This document shows, piece after piece, positions 14,002 to 25,485 of a stretch of DNA of 50,332 nt. A program made the translations under genes and the position numbers. The first letter of the stretch is position 1, and each line of letters starts with the position of its first letter. This DNA is from Girardia tigrina. Its lineage: Eukaryota. Location of the stretch: contig MQRK01199850.1 of NCBI GenBank assembly GCA_001938485.1, positions 54,481 through 104,812 of the forward strand. The letters run 5' to 3'. The notes under the pieces are model-generated. The model ran no database searches and had not been told where the DNA came from. It saw only the letters and a list, made by a program, of their open reading frames with translations.

Positions 14002-14371
14002 TTAATACAATCTTAATCACAGCTTTCGTATGATTGCATTCTAAACTAAATTGCTTAATGAATAAATTTTTATTATTTTAGCAAACCGAGACATAAATAA
14101 TTTATTAAAATATTTACTCAAAACTTATTGGATGAAAATTAAAATGATTATTAATTATTTTAAAAAATATTAATTTGATTTAATTATTAAAAATTGGAAA
14201 AATTAATTAACTTATTTAAAATTTTACCATTATTTGAATTTATAAATACATTTAAACATTACATATTTTGAGGAAATAAGAATTCAAATGTTAATCATTC
14301 ATCTGATTAGGAGAGACACAATTCCAAATCAACATATAACATTCTAACACAAAACATCAAACATTCGAAAT

Positions 14372-15985
14372 AGTATTTAATTTCCACTTTTGGTTAAAAA
14401 ATTTCCTCACAATAGGGATCGTCAGTTAAAATGAATATTTAAACAAAATTAAAAGTAATTTAAATGGTTTTCTGACTGTTACATCATAAATAATTTCCAT
14501 ATTTTTAAAAAAACTTAAACGTGTTTAGATAAATCACTTTGTATATTAAAGCATGGTTTTAATTGCTTAATAAATAATGCTTCAGTGATTATCCGCTCGA
14601 AATTTATGTCAAAATTTTTACTAAACACTTAGAATTCTTTTTCATAATTTACTTTTTCACAATCACGACAACTATTTATATGATCGAGAATGAAACTGTT
14701 TCTACTCATTTGAGTGTGTTCAGCTATTCTAGTACGGATATGACGATATGTTTATCCAATGTACAAGCATTCACACTTGTGACATTTAAACTGATAAACT
14801 AAATTATCTTGTACACTCAAAGGAGTTTGTGATTTATTGCTAAAATATCTCGATAATTTATTTGTAGTAAATATTACTCTAAGATTAAAACACATAAGTA
14901 TTCTTTTAATTAAATTTGTTTTATATCTTTTGATCCTTCAGAGTAAGGTTTTCTAACATTAGCCTGATCATCGTAACATCGATTATATTTGTTTCCTTAT
15001 TTTTACTTTCCATTGATTTTTTAAAAATTGAATAAACCGTATCTTTGATTATTTTACTGAAAAAGTTTTTGTTGTATCCATTATTCATAGTTCAATTAAT
15101 TCGTTCAGTCCTTCATCGACCTTCTCATATGATGATGATAAGCTCCAAATTCTATGAAACAATCTCTTAATCCTATTCCGGTTATACTTTGGATCACAGA
15201 AATTATTTGGCCCACTGTATAACCCCGTTTCCGTTGACTTTCTAAATACTTCCGTAACATAAACTTCTCTCTTCCTCTCGATTAATACATCCAAAAACGA
15301 AATCCTATCACCATTTTCAACTTCACATGTGATTTTTATATTTTGATGAAGTTTATTTACAAAATCAAGAAGCAAATTGATATGACATGATGTTTGGAAA
15401 TTAGGAAAATGTCATCTACCTATCTAGTGTAGTACAACAATAGGACCCCATCACACTCATTTAATCATACTTCGAGGCTTTGTAGAAAAATTTAAGCCAT
15501 AAAGGGGTTAATGGGGACCCCATGGCTACCCCATCGTTGGATAAGAAGAGTACATTTTTTGTGCTGAATTCTGGTAAAGATTTGCGAGCTTTGATACTCA
15601 TTGAAGATTTCTTATCAATAATCTGCTCCTCCCATAGTTTACCACAAATGCAAATTGTTTCATCCAATTGAACATTATTGAAAAGACTGACCACACCAAA
15701 AGACACCATTACTTCATCGGACCAAATCTTTTGCTTTATTATTTAGTTAACAAAATCAAAGCTGTCTTTACATTCTAAGGGGTTCGTAATTAAAAGCTTT
15801 AATAACTTTATAAATATTTTTGCAATCTTATATTATGCAGTGTTTATCATCGAAAGTACTGGGCGTATTAGTATACCTTCCTTATGAATTTTCGATAGAC
15901 CATATAATTTTGCTGTCTGGGATCCACTCATGAACAATAATCCTTTTAAAGAAGTATTTAATTTCCACTTTTGGTTAAAAAATTT
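14372..15985 (+). repeat. Perfect 33-bp direct repeat (14372-14404 and 15953-15985) bracketing the PLE
   Basis: agtatttaatttccacttttggttaaaaaattt is identical at both ends. Confidence 0.9.
14405..15952 (-). mobile_element. 5'-truncated Penelope-like element (RT + GIY-YIG endonuclease), degenerate
   Basis: LYGLSKIHKEGILIRPV, MVSFGVVSLFNNV, GVAMGSP, RYVDDI-like, ISFLDVLI, VFRKST, and LVYQFKCHKCECLYIG*TYRHIRTRIAEH..ITEALFIKQLKPCFN. Confidence 0.92.
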
Positions 15986-16019
<34 letters not shown>

Positions 16020-17709
16020 CCATTTTCATTTATTTTTGAAGGACTTCCATCGTTCAAATGACAAAGCTTAATTCAGAATTAATAACAGTTAGATTAACAA
16101 AAAATATTTTGGTAAATTATTTTTCATATTGGTAATTAAAAATACATTAAAAATATATTTAAAATTCATCTTTCTCTCATTTATTTTTTGAACTTAATAT
16201 GCTTTGGGATTTATAAAGACTCATTTCGGTTTTGATGGCGAATACTGATAAATTATTCAAAAAATATTTGACGAAGTCTTAACGATATTTATGTTAGAAA
16301 TGACCCAAAATCATTAAAACTAATTTTAAATATTTCATAATTGTAGTTAATAAATTAATTTATCTTTTATATTGATAAAATATTATTTATATTGAAAAAT
16401 AGTTTTTAATGAAAACATTTAATAATTGAATACTTCATTTTTTTAGTTCAATTCTTAAGACTTAAATTCGATTTAATTTTGGATTAAAAAAATAAAAGAA
16501 ATTATCTTTAAAAAAAGAATAATTTATAGATTATTTATTATTCTTTCAGTCTTGTTTAATTTACAGAAGAAAAAGAAATTAAGGGGTTTTATTGCAAGAA
16601 AAATACGAATATTGATTTAATAAATTATTTTTTTAAAAAATATACTAAAATATTTTCTATCTGATTAGATCAATCTCTTTATTTAAAATTCAAACATGTA
16701 AATGTGGAAACTTTTTACTCCTCTTTTATCAAATGGTTTGATGATGCGGAAAGATTATTACCGGTGCAGAAAATTTATTTTTTCATAATTAAAATTGATT
16801 CTCGTATGAAATGTGTTTCCGGTTTTGAATTTTTTTTCAATTTAACTTTTGAAAATTACTAAGAAAAATATTTTATAAGTATTTAGATTTTTTTAAAACA
16901 AAAATAAAAACTTCGATTGAAAACAATTTAATACTTTTTAATTATTTTTTTTAAATAATTTGTTTAAATTTTTTACATTCTTCAGATATGTGAGGATATT
17001 GGTATCAGACATTTTTTTTTCGAAAACTTGTCACTCAAAAAGGCCTTCATCGGAAACCATTTTTTCGAACGATAAATTCTTCGAATGAAACTTTTGTTTT
17101 GAAAATAACTAAAACATTTTCATATTTCATTTCTTTTCATATTTTATTTCTCATATAGCAATATTTATTGATATAGATATAAATTAATATTCTTATAATA
17201 ATTATATAATTTAAATTATAAATACAAATACGAGTATAATTACAAGTATAATTACAAAAGTAAATCAAGATTCATTCAAAGGTCAAAAAAGAGAAATAAA
17301 AAACATAAAATTGAAAATAATAAAATTATAAGACACAAGCAAATAAAAATAAATAGTGCACAAAAAATATAAAATAAAACAATTCAAAGTCACACAAACT
17401 GTTGCATGACTATAATTGAAAATATAAATATAGATATGTATATTTAGATGTAAATGTTTTTAGTGAGTTTTATCGAAATGTTGTGGTTTCTACAGATATC
17501 AAAACTTTCGACAAAACCATTCATTCCGGATTTTATTGGAAATCAAAACTTTTGTAGTCTTATTTGGTTAAGACCCAAATTCGTAAAAACAAGTAATTAT
17601 ATTTATCTCAGTTATTTTTTTGGTAATTTATTGGTAACTCAAATTTAATTGCAATTTTGTTTTTTTCATAATTTCCAATTTATTATTGCATGCAATTTTT
17701 GTTGTTATA

Positions 17710-19196
17710 CTTAGGCTGTCCCAAAAGTCCTCAGGTGAACTTTAAAAACACACTAATATTTTACCAAATTTAACCAAATTTGGACTGAATATTATTCAGA
17801 CTGTCATATATACTATGTTAAAATTTCAAAGCATAAAATTTGAAACTTGCCAAAAAAATATTATTATTATTTATTATATTACCAACAAAAAAAATTAGAT
17901 GCAGCGAATTTAAAAATTTATTTAAAAAAATATTTTAAAAATTTCTTAAGCAACAACATATTCGCCATTGTTGTCAATAACCAACTGACAATAGTTAAAA
18001 AGTTTATCTAGTTGATTTTTTAATGTTTCTGTTGATAAAGAATTAAAAAAGAATTTACAAGCTTCTTCAATTTCTTCATGTGATTTGAAAACATGATTAT
18101 TAAAACTTTTCTTCATTTTTGAAAACAAGAATCTGTCACAGATTAAAATCTGGACTATAGGGCGAATGATAAATTTTTTTCAATTTTTCTTCTTTCAAGA
18201 AAAAGAGTTGTTTCTTTGCTAGAATGAGGTATTATATTATCATGCCACCACTTAACTTCCTTTAGCTTGATACTGTTAGATCTAAGTTTCCGCCATTTTT
18301 CACCGGTGTCATGAACAAAGTTCACATTCACCTCGGAATCAATCTTGGTACCATATTGCAGTGCTTTTACATTAAAACGTTTGTTGCAGGTAAAGGTTAA
18401 GAAAACAAGAGATTTTTTATCAGTCATTGGCGATGGCTTTATCACTTTTGGTGGAACAGCATTAGAAGGAATCCAAACTTTGTGATCTTCTTTCTTTGCT
18501 CTACCTTGGAAAAAGACCCATGTCTCATCCTAGATCGCTATGTTGGAATATGCATCATCACCCATCTGTGAAATTACATGGCGTATATGCTTTACAGTGT
18601 TAATGCGTTGTTGTTTATTAGCAGCAGAAAGTTCGTGAGGGACCAAAACAGAGCAAACATTTTTGTAATGAAGCTTTTCACGCAAAATATTGTGGACTGT
18701 ATTTTTGCCTAAAGAAAGTTCATTTGGAGCTTCATCAATCACTTCTTTGACTGCTTTAATCTTTTCATTGCCTACTAATGACGGCCTGCCACTTTTTGAT
18801 GAATCGTCGAAGGACGTCCGCTTTTCTTTTTTAAAATCAGTCAACCATTGTTGAATAGTTTTCAGTGCTGGGTGATTTGCGTCTTCCCATGCCTGCTGAA
18901 GTTGCTGAAGAATTTCTGAAGCAGAGAATCCTCTTTTACTTTGAGTTAGAACAAAAAAACGTTGGCAAAATTTTTTTGTTTCCATTATTAAAAACCGCTT
19001 GATTTGAATTTGCTGCACTTTTAAAATTTCAATACTTTACTAAAACAAAATTTTACTTTTTTTTTAATTTTATGCTTTGAAATTTTAACACAGTATTTAT
19101 GACAGTTTGAATAATATTCAGTCCAAATTTGGTTAAATTTGGTAAAATATTAGTGTGTTTTTAAAGTTCACCTGAGGACTTTTGGGACAGCCTAAG
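17710..19196 (-). mobile_element. Full-length degenerate DD34D mariner with ~131-bp TIRs
   Basis: TIRs 17710-17840 and 19066-19196 (3 mismatches), TA flanks. Motifs SGRP, VLVPHEL, DETWVF, HDN, HSPYSPDFN. In-frame stop and frameshifts. Confidence 0.93.
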
Positions 19197-19446
19197 TATA
19201 ACTAATTTAAACGAGTTCACTCATTATAATTTATCTGTTAGCTTGTTTAGATAGTTTTAACAGTGTAAATAAAATATTGTTAATATAATTTGAAATAAAA
19301 ATATTTTTAATAAATTTAAAAACACAATACCTCTAACTAAATCGCTAAATAAAACAGATTTCAGTAAGTTAAGTTAAAATAAAATTTTTCAAAAAATAAT
19401 AAAATATTCTAATAAAACAATTTTTAATATGACTTTATAAATTTAA

Positions 19447-19733
19447 CACATTTACGGACAGCAACAGCTATAACCGTATTTCTCGTCATTCATGCTGTGA
19501 CTAGACGGTAGTAACCGTATACGGCTACCGCCATAATTGCCATATAATTTGTTCACATGTATATGTATTATGACCGGTGTATTTTATCCGCATGCTAAGT
19601 AGTACAGCTAATTACATTCAAAAACTAAAAATATTATTATAATTAGCCTTACCATTGTAAAACTGATATTATTTAATTAAAAAATCAATGTGTCACATTA
19701 CGAACCCAACATGTTTTTGTGTCCTTCAACGTG
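19447..19733. mobile_element. piggyBac-type MITE
   Basis: TTAA|CACATTTACGGACA ... TGTCCTTCAACGTG|TTAA. Confidence 0.75.
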
Positions 19734-19839
19734 TTAATATTCCAATTTCAAAATTAAAATAAAAAAATTATTTACCTATACTTATAATTCATTATTTTTA
19801 TGTAGAGTGAATATTAATATGAATGTAAAATGGTTTGTT

Positions 19840-20470
19840 TTCATAACTTTGTGTTCTTATGTGCCTTTTATTGCAACGATTACATATCACATTTGGACAC
19901 TCTTTTCTAAAATGTTTTTCTTCATGGTATCACAAACAGGTATTTTTTCTGACTTAAAACATTTCTTCTTGTATCTTCTGTAATTTTTCTATTCCGTGGT
20001 CTTGATGTTCTTCTTTTATTTTCCACTCTGTTCTATTCATTTTCTTTTTTTCAGCGTTTCTTTTCTTTTTATCATGTTCAAACATTCTTGTTTGTATTTC
20101 TTCAATCTCATCAGATTTCGTGATACCTTGTATGACTATTTGTTTTTGTACGTACTCATAATTTATCAAGTTAGCGTATACTAAATTCGATACTTCTTTT
20201 TTCCCCAACTATTTCTCAATTAATTTTACTATTAGTTCGTCTGCTATTATAAATATTATTGTAGGGTCACTGGAGCCAATTCTAAACTCTATAATGTGTT
20301 TCAGTTAATCTAGGATACTTTTTTCCTTTGGGAATGCTGCTCTTAGTTTCTCTTCACAAGTTTCGCAGGGTGTTGTTTCATACTTTATTATTGCAACCGG
20401 AATCATGTATGTTGTTATTAATAAGATTTTCCTTTTCTATGAAAGTCCCATATAGTCGCATACCTTAACA
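19840..20470 (-). mobile_element. LTR-retrotransposon gag fragment with decayed zinc knuckles
   Basis: Minus-strand frames give a helical K/E-rich stretch followed by C..H..KECPN and CNRCNKRH CCHC-like remnants. Confidence 0.55.
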
Positions 20471-20839
20471 GAGAGTGAGGCTCAGAAGCAGTTGTTTGCT
20501 ATGTTGTTTTACTTATAAATTATAAATAAATAAAAAAAATATAGATATCAAATTAAAATAAAAAAAAATGTTTTTACAGAATGAATTTTTTTAGGTAGGC
20601 CTACATATTAGGATCTTTAGGTGTAAACTCTGCATCACAATCCTCCAGAGGGACAGGCTGATGCTTTTGTATCTCTTTTTGTGCTGACATAGTGTTCGAG
20701 TCACATGATTATATCGATAAAGTCTTTATAAATAGGCATGATAGTTTTGGCAAAAATTACAATTATACTACTATAGTTATTGTATCATACTGTTGTAATC
20801 GTTTAATTTTCACATGGTTATAAAAGATACGGTTTTATA

Positions 20840-21966
20840 TTGTCCCAAAAGTTCCGGTCAAGAATGAAAAATACAATTTTTTGTGCAAGAATTTATTTTA
20901 AATAAATAACATTTAACCTTCAAAGTACAGTCCATCATTTTCGACTACTTTCTGCAAACATTCTGCAAGCTTTCAAATTTGGTCAAAGTACCATTCCGGC
21001 TTGCTTCAAAATGAAGAACTCTTGACATGCTTGTTCAACGTTATCGAATGCTTCGAAACGCCGGACTATCAAGAAGTTTTGCATGGATCGGAAGAGATTA
21101 TAGTCGGATGGAGCACAATCATGGCTGTAATCAGGATACGGTAGGATTTCGAGTCCATCCAACTCTTGGAACCTGCCCGTTGTCTTCTTGGCGCTATGCG
21201 GCTTGGCATTATCTTGCTGAAGCAGTGTACATTTTAGGTTGATTAAGGAAGAGTATTTCTCCTTGAGCTTCTTGTAGACACGGTCCAGCTGTTAACAATA
21301 GAACTCTGCATTGATGACCTGGCTGTTCTGAACAAACTCAAAATACACGACTCCCTCAAAGTTCCACCAGACACACAACATGATTTTCAAGCCAAATTGA
21401 TCTTGTTTTGGAACTGACGGCATTGCTTGACCCGGTGGAACCCATGGCTTGTCTCGGTAGAGGTTGACCAAGTAGACCCACTTCTCGTCGGACGTCACAA
21501 TTCGTTTCAAAAAGCGGTCATCTCTCGGATTCTGTAGCAGTTGTCGGCAAGTTCGAACTGTTTTATCGGCCTGTGTTTGGTGAGTTCGTGTGGATTTTGA
21601 CGCGGTTTCTTGTGCACAAAGTCGAGCTGCTTCAAATGTCAATGTATGGTTGACCTGCCAACTCCAAGCTTAAATGCCAAATCGCGAGTGCTTGACGAAG
21701 GCTTCATGTCAAACTCTGCTTGCAAGTCATCGTTATCCAATTTTGTTGATCGTACAGAACGAGGACTTTCCTTCAAGTCAAAGTTGCCTTCATTGAAACG
21801 CTTGAACCAATCAATTGCCGTACTTTTTCCAACCGTTTGTTTAGTTCAACTTTGCAAATTGCGTTGGCAGCATATCGTGTTATCAAGCCTTTCTTCCAAT
21901 AGTGACGCAACAACACACGGAATTCAAGCTTTGTAATCTCGTAGTCCATATATTGCTATAAATAAA

Positions 21967-21999
<33 letters not shown>

Positions 22000-22068
22000 A
22001 TATCAAATAAATAATGCCGAAAAGAAATTCGAAAAAAATATTGACCGGGAATTTTTATGAGAATCTAA
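20840..22068 (-). mobile_element. Near full-length degenerate mariner (DD34D type)
   Basis: FLKRIVTSDEKWVY, KIMLCVWWNFEGVVYFE, INAEFYC, QDNAKPH. Eroded TIRs similar to 500-1072. Confidence 0.92.
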
Positions 22069-23258
22069 TAATTGTGGGATAGTTTGTTTAGTTTGAGATT
22101 AAGTTATCTTTATACCAACTATCTCCCTGTTGCAATTTGATACTATAAAATGAAAGACATTAGTATATGCCAAACATTTTAGTACAAGAAAGGGAGAGAT
22201 TAAAATCTTCCAATAAGTTATAGGAACTCACCAAAGAATCAACTCAAAGTTTATATTTTTTTAACATTTAAAAAATATATTATTATAATCTATATAATTT
22301 ATAGTTTTAAAGTAACTTTATTTGAAAAAATTTCAAAATATATATGTTTAATATTTTGTAAATAAATTAATTTTGACAATTTAATATATTTTTGTTTTCA
22401 TTTGCTTTCTATTCTTTTGTTATTTCAATTATCAACGACATTCATTGAATTGAAACAATAAAAAAAATTCTTGATTTTATAATTTAGTTTTCTTTTGTTT
22501 TTCAAACTAACGGATCTCAAAAAAAAACATTTCGTAAAATAAAAAAAAATTAAATTTTTTAATTATTAAAATTATGCTTTTCAAAAAATTAAATTCCCAA
22601 ATGCTTTGAGAGTGTTCATATTGATTTCTCTGGAGATTGATTAATTTTCTTAGGAAAGAAAAAATGTTTTCGATGATGATAAATAAACTAATACTAAAAA
22701 AACAAAAAAAAGAAAAAAAATACTTAAAAAATTACAGGTGTATTTTGAATATTTTTTTTAAAAATATTTTTATTATATATTTTACTTTAGCGAGACATTT
22801 TGATGTAACTTATATTAATTAAAATATTATTAAAATTATTTCAATTAATAATTTATTCTGAAGTTCAAAGCTAATTTGAATCCATTTATTTTAAATTTTA
22901 ATGTATAATATGTATACTTATAATCAAAATTTATTTCTTTTAAATTTTATTAAATATTAATTCAAAAATTTAAACTTATAGAATAAATAAAAGAATTTTT
23001 AAAATACATATAAAACCATATTTCAAGCAAAAAAATTTTTTAATTAAAAAAGGTTTTATTTATTTTATTTTTCTTTGAAGTATTAGGGTAAAAATTGATG
23101 TAATGCAAAGATGAAAGTTACACATTATTAAATGCAATTATTTTATTTATTTTTATTTATAAAGTTAATTAGGAAACAATTTTTATTTATAATAATTTTT
23201 GTCAAATCTTTAAAAATATTAGTAAAATATTAAATATTCAAAACTTGTTATTCCTTAT

Positions 23259-23334
23259 TGTAAAATAAGATGATTTTTTCGATTTTCAAAAACTATATTA
23301 TTCAAATAAATTAGAATTAATCCATTAAATTTCA
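23259..23334 (-). repeat. 3' LTR (76 bp)
   Basis: Minus strand TGAAATTT...TTTTACA, preceded by the PPT and followed by TSD ATAAG. Confidence 0.88.
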
Positions 23335-24639
23335 TTCCCCCATGATCTCAAGATCGAATCACATAATCGTCCAGATACTGAAGGGGCTTCCGTACCAGCA
23401 CCGGTCGTTGAACGGAATCTCTAGCTACCTCTTGCGTTGTCGGTCAACTCATTTCGTCTTCACTGTCTGAAATGCGATCATCGGAATCCACTAACATCAG
23501 TTGTCGATTGTCCACTGCTCTCCTGATGTTGGATATATGCCTCAAGATTCCATCATCATCCAGCTCCACTCCAACTGCAGACTTCAACGATGTAATTGCA
23601 TGCGGTCCCGTACATGGTTCATTGCATTTCCCGCCGACTCTCAAATACATATTCTCACCAATGCTGAATTGTTTTTTCTCCGTAGCACCATACTCATCAT
23701 TCGAGATGCACTCCGAGATGAATTTACATTCAACCTGATGCTCTTCTCGAATCATTGGCAGTCAAGAATTGGCATGAAACATCAATTCATAGGGCCCCGC
23801 ATCCCGGTGACCCGTCGTACTGTTGTACCAAAACATACATTCGCTGATCGACTTTGCAGATCTCGACGCCATTGTCTTAATGTTGTGGTGATTTCTCTCG
23901 CACATCCCATTCCTTTGATATCGATAGGCTGCCATATCTTTATTATAATTTATCTTAATACTATAATCTATTAAAATCAATATTAACAATCGGTTCTAGA
24001 ATTTTCTGAAGTCTCTTGAAATTAATTTAATTAAATATTAAATTAATTTATGGTGTGTTGTTTTAATAATTTGTTGGGGTCCGAAAAGTATTAACCCCTT
24101 ATAAATCACTAGCATAGAAAAATGTCATAAGAAGAAAAAGAAAGACGACAACAGTACATAATACATATATTTAAATGTTATAATGACAAGTCAGGTCCTC
24201 CTCCCGCATCACGATCCACCAGAAGATCCCCAGCGGTTGAGAAAAAGCCATTAGTCTGAATAAGTACCGAATTAAGTGACACGGACTCGAAAAATAAATA
24301 AAATCGCCTACCGAGCCTCCCCAAAAGAATTAAGAGACCAGTTGATCCTTCAATTGAAGCTCTTGCCGAGTCACATCCTTGACCAAAATCAGCAAACCGA
24401 TGGGATGCTCCCAGACGGAAATATACCCCTGTAAAAAATCGGAAAATTAATAAAAACGAACAAAGCTTAATTAAAAAACTTACCATGAGTCAGCCGTAAT
24501 TCCAATAATAGAAATCGGCTGACAATTTTCCTGAGTCATCGATGACCTGGCTGCATACAAACTCCAAACACACCGACAAGAAATCTATAATAAAATAAAA
24601 TTTTCAAAATTTCAAAAAATATTTTGAAACACGCTTACC

Positions 24640-24765
24640 CGGTTTGACCAATCCGCATCTCAGAAAATTTGATACAACTAGTTGGCAGACATTGGTTGGT
24701 TAATAAAGAATGCAAGGGTGTCCCTCCAACACTATATAGTCAGCGATCACTCTGCCACTTATTGA
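24640..24765 (+). promoter_or_regulatory. Putative Pol II promoter (CCAAT boxes + TATA) in the insert
   Basis: ccaat (~24648), attgg (~24691) and tatata (24733-24738) lie upstream of the candidate exon. Motif evidence only. Confidence 0.3.
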
Positions 24766-25281
24766 ACAATATTTAGAACATTTTTTGAACAACGATATTC
24801 TGAACAACTTGAACAACATTTTACAAACATTTTAAACGAACAACGTTAAACGATTATTATTTTTTTTGAATCACCCTTTTGAACAACTATTACTGCCGTT
24901 ACGTTTGGAGAAGATAAGAAAACGACAAGAAATCACACGAAGACAAAAGAAATTCAACTAAACGACGCGCAGCCGAGGATAACCGAGCGAGAGTTCAACA
25001 CAAGAATCGACGAGAAAAAAACGAGTGCTTCGACCGAACGACGCACCAAGGCGCGAAAATTAGTCAGCAATTGCCGACACATTATTCAACCGACCTCCGG
25101 AGACCATTATCGCCGTAAATTTAATTTATGTTTGCTTAATTATATAAAGTTATTATTGATTAAAATACATGTATGAAAGTGTTCTAATGCGTTATATTTT
25201 ATTTTATTAACCGATTCATCACTTCTTTATTCCCTATTAGGTAGAATAAACCCGTCGTCGCCACCGATCGTCGTCACCGTT

Positions 25282-25485
25282 ATGACGTCCAGCATTGTAG
25301 ACCAATTTATTGAACATTTAGAGAATACTCTGGGAATTTTCCACGAAGCCGAGGTGGATGAAAATAATAATGCCCTTCGGGACGAATTACAATTAGTCAT
25401 TATTGACGTAACGTCAATAACGCTGAGCGAAATGCTCGAGTCGAGCGAGTATTACGGCCCAATCACGCAGGGCGAAAATCGATGA
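25282..25485 (+). CDS. Small acidic orphan protein (67 aa) inside the insert; possibly exon 2 of a spliced transcript
   Basis: Intact ATG-TGA ORF in a CpG-rich island, with an upstream GT..AG intron candidate (25115-25240) and AATAAA at 25682. No recognisable domain. Confidence 0.45.
   Translation: MTSSIVDQFIEHLENTLGIFHEAEVDENNNALRDELQLVIIDVTSITLSEMLESSEYYGPITQGENR

Noticed and set aside
16669-16803. AG/GT-bounded 45-codon candidate exon
   Set aside because: An overlapping frame reads KIITGAEN (mariner IITGDE-like), so it is probably a mariner relic.
17000-17009. tRNA-iMet PBS-like TGGTATCAGA
   Set aside because: No LTR end upstream and no gag downstream.
20622-20761. Possible LTR (TGTAA..TTACA) upstream of the gag fragment
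   Set aside because: No second copy, TSD or clear PBS to support it.
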